From assembly GCA_030704615.1 (NCBI GenBank), contig CM060731.1:27404001-27468000 (forward strand): a DNA stretch of 64,000 bases. The letters run 5' to 3'. Under the pieces are notes generated by a model. That model was not told the DNA's origin. It saw only the letters and a program-made list of their open reading frames with translations, and searched no databases. Origin of the DNA: Takakia lepidozioides. Lineage: Eukaryota > Plantae > Bryophyta. Below are positions 13,439 through 25,726 of this stretch, piece by piece; within the stretch, counting starts at the first letter, position 1; each line of letters opens with the position of its first letter. Position numbers and translations under genes: made by a program.

Positions 13439-16400
13439 CTGCAAATCTTAACTATTGTATGTTTTTTAACAATCCACAAGTGCACATCCACTTGTCAATC
13501 TGGCTCTTGGTCTCTCTGCTTGTCTGTCATTTCTCTTGCACAGTCGTCACCTCTCAGTAATGTCCCTCTGTACCATTACTGTTCTTATTACGAGTTGATT
13601 TGCGGTGAGCTGAGAGACAGAGAAAGAGGGGTCCAGATACAGGGTGCAAGGGGAGACAAAGCCTTGTTCGTCTGATAATTTTCTCGATAGGCTTCATACT
13701 GACTGCTTGCCAAGTTCAGAACATCGTGTGGTCGTGGCTCACCTGCATCCAAGGCTTTGTGTTTAGGTGCCATCCATTCCCTAACCCCCACACAGATCAC
13801 CCCAACTCACCCCAATAAATGCAAGCCTATGTAGAAAACAAGTGAGATGAAGATACAGAAATGCAGCACACATGAACACACATAAAATCAGCGCGCATTA
13901 GCTTCTGTGATGGCAGATAGTACAAGCCGCAACGCCTCCAAATTGAACCCTAACAACATCGTCAATGCACAAATTGCAGGAAGATCAAGTTCCAAGGCCA
14001 TATCTCGCAAAACGGAACAGTTCCCGCTGGTTTTCTGCATGGAAAATGTGTGGCTGTGCAGCTCGAGCTGCGCTCATAATGAGCACACATAGAGGCCCCC
14101 CCCTGCAAATCACCTGCATGCGACAATAGCAAAAACAAGCGCAGCAAAAACATAAAGCAGCGACAATCGAGAGAAATGTCCGTAAGCAAGGTGCAATGAA
14201 GGCTAGAGACTGTGCCCGAGAAGATACCCAGCCGCTCCCGCCACCTGCCGGGCACGTCATCATCATTATTTCGGATGCCTGGGTGTGTCCGCACAGGCGG
14301 ACATGCAGCCCCATGCCTCAACCCATCGCCGGCTTTTGATCGCCCCCTCACCCCTTTAGCCTGCCACGTCACTAGGTCAAAGGTGCTGGAGGGCCGTGAA
14401 CCACCCAATTTTGGGTACCCCTGCACATTAAAAAAATCATTGACGGCAGGGATTCTATTATTTTAGGGTGCCATAAAGACAAGCAGGTGCATGACATCAA
14501 GGCGCACAACTTTCGTTCAGAAAGTTTTTTCATCCGATGTCATCCGACGAAGTTACATCGTGGATGAATTCTGTAGCCACCCTGACGCGACCCGAAACGG
14601 GTCGCCTCATCCATTAGGGGTTAACATATTACCTAGAACTGTAGACAAAGATATCATCTTGGTTTGTCAATCGGGTTTTGAAGTGGTTGCACTACAACTT
14701 CATCGAGTAACATTGAACATTGGCCCCGTTTGTCATCGAAGAACACTGGAAACACTTGGTCGTCGAGTAGTGGAAACACTTGGTCGTTGAAGTCGAGTTA
14801 AAGTCAAGTAAATAAACTCTTCTCGCCATCATAAGAGTGGTACGCTGACGTACGCATAGTCAACCTTTGCATAAAAACAAGGGTTCAATACGATGCAATC
14901 TCACCTAAGCTTACAATTACAATCGACGAGTGTATTGGAAAGCTCACCCGGGTCTAGGATGTTGTTTATCTGTGTGCGGTATTTCCACATCCAGCCAGGG
15001 CCCTAACCTCAAACACAGAGCATGTGCAATGCCAAATTCTATTCGCCTCTCCCGCCCTCTCTTCCTCACTCCAGGTTCCACCAACCTTCCTTCTTTCCTT
15101 TGAGCACGTACACCTTCATGTTTTGATCCACTTGAAGCCACTTATATGACATAGTAATAATTCTTTGGCATAGAGGAAGGCCGAGGGAGAACAAAGAATG
15201 AATGTTCCAACCCTCCTGACAACATAATTCCTTGAAGTTCAAACAAATAGGTTTCGAGCTCTGTACAAGATTAGTCTCGGCAGGAGTCGAGGAAAGCAGG
15301 ATAATTTGCCATAGGCTCAGCCATGCATGATTGATCGGTTGAAAGACTTTGTTCAACTAGGTGAACAGAGTGTATGCTGTTGGAAACAGATACAGACATG
15401 ACACATGTGCTACTTCTAAAGAGGGTTTGTAATGTCTGGACTGGATTTTGAGCAATTGCTTTAGGTACTGAGAGAGAGGCTCGAGGCGTGAATTGCTTTC
15501 TGTCGTGCTCTATACGTGTTCGCAATCATCTAGCAGACTTTCGGGCAAAAGCCAATCATTCCAGTCAATATCCTAAGCTGGGCAACCCAAAAGATGAGTT
15601 ATGCACATCGTCTAGTTGAATGATTGGATGGCTTATTACCTGTCAATCTGAATTGTTTATTTAGTTTCAATCTGATCTTGAACATAATAGCTACAGTGAG
15701 AAACCAACGTGGAGCACATATGGTGCCAAAAACTCAAAAGATCGTGCTGTATCTTCTCTGTCTAACACCTGCTTCAAGGATGCACCTCCCCAAGTTAATC
15801 CCTTAAAACTTTTTCGTTAAGACAAGGTAAGGGTGCCATTTTCTCATCCTCCTAAGTTGAGAAAGAGAGCCAAACAAGGATGAGAAGGCAGCTCAAGTAG
15901 GAGGGAGATGATATATAATGATGTGGCTTGAGGTAAGTCATGTATCAATTAGGCAGGTCGGAATATCTATGTGAGCAACTACTTTTTCTCCATTAGATCT
16001 GAAGAATTGCCAACTTATGTTCTGTATGCAATTCTTTTTACGTTAAATGGGTTGGAACTGACCACTTGGGCGTTTATTAGATAGACGGTCGCCATCTCAA
16101 GTTTGCCCTGCCCCTGAAGTCGTTTGGTGGTTATGTGTGATGGTCTTCTAAAAAATATAAGGTTGGTTCTTGTGTCTTATGAGTACATCTTTTTTCCTTT
16201 CAGTTGGTGTTTTTGGTGGTTTGAATGCTAAAACTGTCTTGGCTGAGTTGTTCCATGTCTACAAACAAACTCCTCAGTACATCTGCACTCTCTATATGAA
16301 GGAGTGGGGAGTTATAACAGCTGGTCACTGTTATATAGGATGTAGTTGATTTGTCTTGTTCTTTGGGATTGACTCCCGAAGTGATGTGACTTCATGTTTT

Positions 16401-18583
16401 CTAATTATATTCTTTTTTGTTGTTTATTCTTTCATGTGTTTTTTCTTGATGTTTGTTGTGGTGCCTATGGTTTTGCTTTTGAATGGCTATTTTATTGTAT
16501 CTTTGGTTACCCCTCAAATGTGAGCTCAGAGTTTACTAGGCTCTCATATTTATATATATCTTTTCATTTAGGTGGCACACAACAATGACTCTAGCCTTTT
16601 TGTTGTCCACGTTGGGCAGTCGGTACTGAACACCTAGTAGAAACATAATATGTGAGAGAGTTACATGATGGATTGAAGTCAACGATAAGAAGGAGGCACT
16701 GCATCCTTTACTATTTCATCTTTTTCCCTCTCCAAGTTGGTGGAAGTTTATTGGCGGAGTAGAGAAACAGCAGCTTAAAGTTGATATTAATGTTGGCAAT
16801 AACAGTAGGCCTTTGATACTACTTCTGAAGCTGTCTGTTTATGTCTACATTTTTTCTCCCGTAGGCACTTTGGACTGTTTCTCTGTCTGTTTTGCACTCA
16901 TCCCAACTCTTTGGGAAAAAGCTTAGTGACTGATATATAACTGCAGGCCCTAGTTGGTTTCAACAATTAAAGATTAGTCTCGATCCATGGCAGTCATATA
17001 TGCTCATTGCCTGATGAATAGTGCAGGCTTTTATCAAGTCAATCCAGAAAGAAGACATTGTGATGACATTGTGGTGTTAGCTCAATATGTTGCAGAATAC
17101 TGGAGTGTATCTTCTTCTTCTCCCACGCGACCCTCGACCTGTTGGGCTCAGTGGAAATTTCCTTTGGTTGATCATGGCGGACAGAAGGCGACCTTCGATG
17201 GAGTGTGCTTTAATTGCAGGGAGGCCAAGAAGTGCACGAAACCCCGACAATTGAACATGACTCGGGCGACCACTGAGCTGTCCGAAGACTCCATCAGCCT
17301 CTTGGTGGAGGCGGTGGTCGCCAAGACTTACAATGTAGACAACTACTCTTGTGAGTTGTATCAGGAGACGAGAGCTTTGCGTAAAGGGAGTCAGCTAATG
17401 TTCATGTGCGAAATAATTTCCGGAACTAACGTGTTGTTGTTGATGGAGGAGCATCGCACTCCTTCATGACACCGGCAATGGCATGGAAGCTGGGCCTTTC
17501 GACAAGTGATGTGGGGACTTCTATTGAAGTGCTCAGCTGCTACTGGCATGTGGGGTGATGCAGCAAAAATTATGTGAGGAAAGCAATGGAGGACACAAGT
17601 GGGATAGAAGAGGAGTAGTCCTGGATTCAGGTCAAGAACATATACACTGTGTAGATTGGCACGAGGGGTTCAGGAGGGGTTCCAATTGCTGTTCCAAATA
17701 GCGCGTATGTTCTTGTTGACACTTGGGGCTCTTGGTAACTTGTATTTTTCTCTGGTTTTATATCTATATTTGCAGAGGATTACATTGATCACCGCAGTGG
17801 TTTGAATATATATTTCTTCAGTTTCCCTGTCAATAACATTATGAGTATTCTTGACCTTGTCTATAACAAAGCTTTCCTTGGTCTGGGCATTTTGTTTCTT
17901 TCTCCTTCTCCGGAGCTGATCCTATAAGCTGGGTTGATCAGTTAGATCTGATCTTGTAAGTTGTAAGCTGGTTGTGCTCGCAAATTTACAAGATACAAGA
18001 TGCAAATTGTTGTATACTGTAGTCAAAGATATCCTGGTTGGTCAATTTGGTTTTGAAGTACTTGCCTTTCGCCTAGAGAGAATTAGTTAGATCTGTACAT
18101 CTTAGCAGTTCTCCCATCCAATTCAGGCAGTTCAACTTCTTCCTCAACTTCCATGCGTAGCTATCGCTCGCTCGGCAATGACATCTTCAACCAACACATG
18201 ATGCTTTGTTCTGGAGCCCATCCCTCCATACCCACCACTAGTTCAATCTTCGATCCTCCTCCACAACTTCACAAACCTCCTCAATTTGCTCACTTTTGTC
18301 CGTTTTTTTTCGCACCTTCGCAACTTCGCAGCGTAGAACTGTGAAGCCTTATTTCAAGCCTGGACGACATTCTCCTCTCCTCTCACAACTTGTTTAGTGT
18401 AAAGGTGTATAGTCTCGGAAGAGCAAGCCTTGCTGTGGCAACAACGGAGACGGAAATACACACGTAGAGGATAACAACGCACAACACACGTCAAGGAGTC
18501 ACGATCCTGCACACAAGGTTGTACATACGAAAAGAGAGCCGCCTTACTCTAGGTCAGATCGACCATATACCCAAGGGGGTGAA

Positions 18584-18778
18584 CCCCACGTGGCAGCATG
18601 CCACGGGTGATTCAGATTGCAATGCATCCTGCCCATTAAATCTTAAAGGGCCGTGATGGAGCCACCATCCCAGAACCAACGGTTGGGGTGATCCCCCACG
18701 TGGCAGAATGCCACGCGTGGTTCAGATTACAATGCATCTTGTCCATTAAATCATAAAGGGTCTTGATGGAGCCACCAT
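18584..18778. repeat. Two-copy ~109-bp tandem duplication, each copy with a G-box, upstream of PMP22
   Basis: ccccacgtggcag(c/a)atgccacg(g/c)gtg..ttcagatt(g/a)caatgcatc..ccattaaatc..aaaggg..tgatggagccaccat occurs at ~18584 and ~18693. Confidence 0.8.
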
Positions 18779-19130
18779 GCTCTAGGGTTAGCTGCACAAG
18801 CGTATCAGTCAGGGGAGATAATGCGGCATCACAGAACGACGTCGAGTTTATAAGTTCAGTCCGTATGTGTGAGGTGTACACAAAACAGTTATATACTTGC
18901 GATAAATTCGATTGTAAGGGGATAGAAGATTCAATGAGGGCCGCGCACATGAGCGCCTAAAGTGGCGAATTTGAGGGGTTCGATTCTAGTTGAATGCCAA
19001 GGGGCTTGATGCTTCAAAGATGCCGTGGTCGAGCAATCCGTAAGGAATCTCTGGCCACAGTGCAGTAGAGGGTGATTTTTCTGCCTGTGTCTCTCGCTCT
19101 CTCGCTTGTGACATCATCTGGAAAGCAATC

Positions 19131-21558
19131 ATGGCGGAAGTCGTACAAGAAGCTTGGCGCTGCTACTTGCTGGCCTTGCATCGCCATCCCTTGCGTACCA
19201 AAGTAAGAAAGAAAGAACTTTAGAAAAAAACCATGTGCTGGAAATTGAAGAGGTAATGATGTGGACAGCGTTCCCAACTATAATGCAGGCAGCTTTAGTG
19301 CCTGCACTAAAAATTCCCTATTTCCGGGATTACTATGTGATACTGCAATCGTATCGTTGGTCGGACAGGCTTGCAATTGTGCTAAGTCCATGTGTTATGT
19401 GCCACTTTTGGATCTTGTTCTTCCTACCTTCGACCTCAATCAGTGCACCAAGCTAATGTTGGATCATACTGTACTTGCTTTGCGGCTGGATTTCTTTCTT
19501 TCCATATCATTTCATTTCATTTCTCTCAACCACGCACACACATCGATCAATCACACTGGCATTGAATCTCACAACCTCGTTTGTTGATTTCCTCCCAGTA
19601 ATAAACATATGCTACATGTGAAAGTACGATTGTCCGATAGTCTCCGCTGTCAATGCCCTGTCCATGGGTGTGATATGTTTGGCATGCCCTTGGGAGGTCA
19701 CAAATAAAATGCTCCGAGTAGATCAGATTTTAGGATTCTGCATTATTGTTTCCTACTTATCTTACGATTGCCTTTGCAGTCCTTCCAGCAGGACTGTGAA
19801 GGAATGTAGGAGGCAATTATGATATGACGATAAGCTGGCATGCGGGGGGTGTAGGCAGCAACATCAGGCGTGTTGACAGGACTGAGTGATTTGTTAGCTC
19901 AAAGCTTGGCGGGAGCAAAGAAACTGCAACTCAAGCGCTCTCTTCTTATGTTTGTGAGTGATGTCTTCTTATGTGGATTTTCGTGAGAGGGAGCACTCTG
20001 CATACATGCGATTTCCCTTTGGATTCAGGAATAGTGGATGAACTTGCTTTTCGAGAATGCTCCATGAGAGATGAGGCTTGCACTTACTTCAACTTGGAAG
20101 TTAAGAACGTCAAGGCCTATGGCCTATTGTTTGTGTGCAGTTGTTTGGCTTTTTATATAGAGGGCCATTTTACCATTACTTTCATAAGCTGATGGACAAG
20201 ATGTCCTTTCCAAGACGAGATGCCAAGACTATCCTGAGCAAGGTAAGAAGCAGTCTATCAATGCGGTCATAATTGCAGATTTGATACTTGGGACCTTGCA
20301 AGATTTTTCTGGCAGGGTCCTTTCACCATATGGGTGAATTTTGTTCCTTTTCCTCTTTGACTGGTTTTGAGCTGGTAGCCTCAATGTCCCTTGCACGTCA
20401 TAGAATCCAGTGTGTTAATGTAAGACAATGGTATGGGCTCTTTTGTTTACTTCACATTCTTGAGTGCAACTACAGGAATAGGGCGGTGAGCTATTGGCAG
20501 GTGCTTGTGGAGCAGCTAACAGCGGGACCTTGGAACAATTTCTTGTTTATGGTGTACGTGAGTCTACTGATTGAAGGTGAGAGCTCCTTCTCTGCTTCTG
20601 ATATCAAAGACTATTGCAAATAAGAACCGAGACAAGTTCCCTTAGTAAAACAATTGACCCATAGGATATCTTGTTTCGCACCGGGTGACTCACTCTGATA
20701 AATATAGGAGGTCGCCTTGAATTCCATTCTTTACATAAAAGTTCACAACTCCAATTTGATAGACATGTACGTTCACTATCTCCTTTCCTTGGGCTTTCGG
20801 TGGATTGGAACGATTTTCTCCCTCCCATAACTCACATAATACTGCATACAGTGATGATTTATTGGAGAGCTGGCTAATACTACTAGCATTATGGCATAGA
20901 GTTGTAAAGCAATGATATGGTGTAAGAACAAGAGGGAGGAAGGGCGGGATCAGGTTAAAAGGTGATGCGATTGTATACATTTCCATCTTGGCGAGCGTGA
21001 CAGGGAGACCGTGGAGTCTGGTGAAGAGAAAGCTGCTTCTGGATTATCCTTCAGTGCAATTGAACTCTTGGAAGGCACAATCCTAAAACCTATTGGCTTT
21101 CTTTGAGTTATAACATGTCACTTCATTTCTCTTTGAAAATTGATGGACGGATTGCAGACTATATGCTGATAATCAATGTAATCAATCTTAGATGACACTC
21201 TCGAGACTCAGGCCAAAGAAAGGGAGCCATTTTGGAAAGGGATTTCTTATTAAAGATAAATTGTCCTTGTAGTATTGCTAGATATGATGCTGATGTTAAT
21301 TGTGGGTTGGGTACAGGTGTGGCCATTGATAGGATTGGTGAGCTATCTCTACATGCCCATTCATTTACGTGTCCTCTTCAACAACCTAGCAGCAGTTTCC
21401 TGGTGCGTGCAAAACAGTGTTGAAGCTTTGGTACTTCAATCTCCAAGTACGTTGTGTGTTGAAGATTAACCCTGACTTGCTGGGTAATAATACCACTCTG
21501 CTGTTGATCTGTTGGCAGGGGTACTTTTCTGATATTTCGGTCCCGGATGATGCGATAA
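19131..21558 (+). CDS. PMP22: Peroxisomal membrane protein PMP22 (Mpv17/PMP22 family), 7 exons: 19131-19202, 19855-19953, 20141-20242, 20501-20576, 21004-21074, 21317-21402, 21519-21558
   Basis: Spliced protein MAEVVQEAWRCYLLALHRHPLRTK|AATSGVLTGLSDLLAQSLAGAKKLQLKRSLLMF|LFGFLYRGPFYHYFHKLMDK..TILSK|VLVEQLTAGPWNNFLFMVY..IEG|RPWSLVKRKLLLDYPSVQLNSWK|VWPLIGLVSYLYMPIHLRVLFNNLAAVSW|GTFLIFRSRMMR* has the typical plant PMP22 motifs. Confidence 0.93.
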
Positions 21559-22799
21559 AGAATGATGGTTGAAGAGACTGTAAACATTGATACTTCAATT
21601 TGTAACTCTCATTGTCAAGCAGGTCATTGCCGTACAAGTCATCCGTGTCATTTGCAGATCCATCTTGCTACCCTCGTAAATCATGTGTAAGCTCAAAAGA
21701 GAGTTCAACAGATACAGGATGCAAATTCAGCCACATGTTTCTTCTTCTTTTTTCTTTTCAAGGGAAATGCCTGGGAGCAAGATTCTCCAGGTTGATTTGT
21801 CCTTTCTCAGTTTTGTGGTATTCCATCCCTCTGATTCTTACCTACATGTTGGTCATATGATGGATTCTATTCGAGTTAGAGATGGGCTTGTGGTTAAGTG
21901 ATAGAGCCAAGGCTTTAAGCGCGAACATGCTGCCAACTGCCAAAGGCTGTGTCACAAGTGATGTGTGGTTAGATCTTATGTTATTTTACTAGACGCAAAT
22001 TGTAATTGCTCATTTTCTGGTGTGCATGGCTATAACATGGATTTTCAAGGTAAAATGTGTGTTGCCCTAAGTAATATGTTGGATGACTCAAAAACTTGCC
22101 ACAGCGCAAGCAAGAGGAGCATGATCATATGTCAACTTAGACACCAGTTAGAAGCTGTCACGCATGTGATTTGAATCTACAACCCAACATTCGCGGAACT
22201 CCAATGGCCGCAGAATTTGTTGAAATTTTAATTTTTGTTTTTTAATTTAAAAAGCTAAAATTTTTTAGCGATGTCCTGGGAGTCTGGTAGGGGGGGGATG
22301 ATTAAACGACCTTCTACCATGACATTAACACCCCTTTTTAAGCCACTTGCGGCTTTTGGGTGGGGCTGGGTAGTGCCAAAACCCCTAATAACAATGCAAG
22401 CCAAGATGGTGTACTGCCAAATATTCACCAAAAAGAAATGGGTTCTGAATTGATACTGTCAGCAGTACATGCAGACTGAAGGAAAGAGCAATTGATGCAA
22501 CTTTGGATCGTTTGAACCTTGCTATCTAGTCATGCTTTGGATAGAAAGAACAATCATAGCTCTCCCTGTCTCCTTCCCACCCTCGCAGATATCAACATCG
22601 ACATGATGTGCTTTGTGTTCAAACTAGCAAGACACTGAGTTGAGGAACAACATGGCAAAGCAAGGGGCAACACGGAAGGATGTCGCAGGTGAAATGTGGA
22701 GAATCGATTTAAAGAACAATTAATAATTAAAACTAAGTTGGGCTTAGGTTTTAAACAAGCTATGCTAACTTTAGCGTAGCTATCTTAAAAAGGTTAGCA

Positions 22800-23140
22800 C
22801 AGCTGGGGGCGGCCGGCAGTTGTGTCAGTTCGCCTGTCAGTTCAGGCGGACGACCAAATCTGTATAACGGCCGCTGGGCACCGCCGGCCGGCAGTTTCAC
22901 CGCTTCGGCCGGCTGTCGCCGGGTTCGTCCAGTCACCCTGGATGGGCGTGAGTGTCAGCCGGCAGTGCGTGACGTGAGCAGCTGACCTGGGCGCTAACCC
23001 ACGGTAAGTGTGTTGCTGCCCTACCCCCAAACCTACTCCCTCTCTCAGCCACTCCATGACTCACCTTCCCTTTAACTGAGTATTTATCTTTATGTTTTCT
23101 ATTATGTATTTCTTTTTATGTCGGCGTGGGCTATATAAGT
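22800..23140 (+). promoter_or_regulatory. Putative promoter of the ZF-HD gene: CpG-rich block followed by a TATA box
   Basis: GC/CpG-rich 22800-23030 and ctatataag at 23131-23139, followed by ~2.6 kb without long ORFs (probable 5' UTR with introns). Confidence 0.4.
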
Positions 23141-25726
23141 CCGCCTCACTGGCGCAAGTGTAAGATAGAATTAGCGCCGGGTGCGCGAAGGAGGTTACCA
23201 GGAACCGCGCGCTGACCCGCCAATTTTAGTCGCTAAACGCCGCAGTTAGAGAGCCTCCATATTAGGTCTTGGGGAGGCAGCGGGGTGGAAAGCGAGGCTT
23301 GGCTTTGCGTTGCGTTGCGTTAGTGGTGCTTTAGCGGCTTTCTTGGCGGCCTCTCATGCCGCGCGAACAGTTCGTTTGTGTGCCTGCGGATCTGGCATGA
23401 AGAGGGAAATTCCTGTTTGCGGAATAGGTATTGTGATCTCCAACCTGCTGCCGGACGAACTCGTTCATTCTTGCCTGTAGATCATGAATTCTCTTCCTTC
23501 GCGGAGATTTTCTCCGCAGGAGTAGAGGTGCACCGCACCGTGTATGAGATTGTCAAGCTCATTGGGAATTCAGCAGTTCAGTTGTAATTCTCAATTAGTT
23601 CGCGGGACTGCTGACTGTCTGTTTCTTTTTTATTGTCGGACGCCGAGATTGTAATGCAACGTCTGCAGATCTCATGGAACCTGGACCAATCTTTCTGTCT
23701 TCGACCTTGGTCCCTGCCGAACTCATAATTTCTCATCACTTCTGTTGAACTTTCACTCGACGCCTGAAATTAGGGAATTGAAGTGGGGGATTGAGGGAAT
23801 TCGGCAATGAAAACCTTGAATTTCAATTAAGGACATTGTAATTCTCAAGTTGGTAGCGGAACTGTTGAATTCTTTTGTTTTTGATGTGAGTTGTCCAGAT
23901 TCCGTTTCATAATGCCCCAACACAGATTCTTGAAACTAGGTTCTGGTGTCAACGTACTGGTCTGTCCGTGGCCTTCCTTGTCTCCCTGCTGAAATCATTT
24001 CTAATCACGTCTCTTGTAGTCTTAACATTTATACATCTGAAAAACTTTCCAGTGGTTCAATGAAGGAGTTTGAATTCCTTTGGCGCTGATCTCGTTACAC
24101 GTTTCCGATAAGGTTCATGAAGGAAAAGGCTTACAGTAATTGGCCTGAGCAACAAATCGTTGCCTGCACAAAACCTGTCATCTATACTAGAAAATTTACA
24201 TGCATGTAGCAAGCCTGAACGTGAGGTCTGTCAAACGAGTGTCAAACGTCAGGCCTGCTTGAACACCAGTCTTACAGTAGTGCAGCATTGAGTGGCTTGC
24301 TGCGTCTCCTTCATTGGAGGGAAGGTATCATGGAAGTTCAGCGAACCTTTGTAGTTTTCTCTACTATCTGTTCTAATCAGGGTATTTCAAAGGAGGAAGT
24401 CTATCTGACTGCGAAGGTTTAACGATTTAACGGGCTCTATATCCATGGAGAAATAAAACTGACATGTATGAAGCCGGAGGCACTCTAGGTCCATTTTGAT
24501 CATGTATCTGCTTAGACCTAGCAAAGCTCCACAGACCTAACTTTGTGGAAAATTTCATTATTTCAGTTCTGCAAGATTTCAGGAATTCATACATGTAAAT
24601 GTACATGTTCTAAATTAACTAGTGAGGGAAGAGGCCTGCAGGGTTAAGGAAGCCTGTATTGAATTTTTACAGACCTAACTCATTAAACTCATTGAGTAGA
24701 TCGAGATGACTCGGGGGGAAGTTCTCTGTGCTTATATCCTAGATGGCGGATTTGCTTTGCTGATGAAGATTTGTAGCTAGTTTCATGCATTTCAACCAGA
24801 ATTCGTTGCAAGCTTCAAGAATTTGCTTTTACATTTCAACCAGGCCACACGTCTGATTGACAGCATTATCACTAATAAGAGTAGCGTTTTCATCTTCGGG
24901 AAAAAAGACAGAAACGTCATGATTATATATATGCAGTTGAACCTGGGATTTGGTTATGTTCTCATCCGAAGTTGGTTGCTATGAGGATTCAGAGCAAGTG
25001 GCTGAGACTATGTTGTGCACACGCACAAGGATTGGCTGGCCAAGAGTTCAACACCATACTGATCGTAACGTTTTATCTTTTCCACAGACTTCTCCAGGTG
25101 ATCTGCCTCTGGAATAGTCTGGACTTGAAAATTTCGTCCGAGTCTTGTGGACAACCTTGCCTGTTCATGCTCAGGTCGATCCTGTTTCCAAGGGCAGCTC
25201 TAGCTAGTCATTTGCAATCGAGCCCTGAGGTATTTTTTCTCCTTCATGTACTGATCTCATGCTCAGATATAAGCATGAACAAGTATTGATGCATTATCAT
25301 CAGAGGGTCAATTGATATTTTCTAGAAGTGGTTCTGTGAGGTTTGTGGACATTAATGCTAAAGGTACAAGAGGTACCAATCCTGTGAACTGTGAATAATC
25401 TACACTTGAGGATAAGGGTTTTGTTGTCAGAGGATTCAGTTGGAAGTCTGCTGCAAGGTACAACTAATTATTGAATCATTGTACATGTAAACACAGAGTT
25501 TTGGTGCAGGAAACTCTATCACATTGGCAGGAAATTGGACCAGGTAGACAGGGCCCCCACATGTATGGGCCATTGATCTCTACACGCCATGATCTCCAGC
25601 TACGAAAGCATTGGGCGGGGGGGAGTTGAAAATAAGCTGGGCGAGCAAGACGATTTGGCTGCAGGGAGAGGGAGAGGAGGGGCTGGGGATGGAGAGAGAC
25701 TCCAGTTAATTTAACAACCAGCGCCA

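Noticed and set aside
14575-14610. Hammerhead ribozyme-like ctgac..gaaac
   Set aside because: The core reads CTGACGC rather than CTGAnGA and the GAAA is the loop of a simple hairpin.
18940-19000. tRNA/SINE-like ggttcgattc T-loop motif
   Set aside because: No A box or cloverleaf stems could be formed.
23140-25400. miRNA precursor in the ZF-HD leader
   Set aside because: No conserved plant miRNA sequence or clear long stem was visible by eye.
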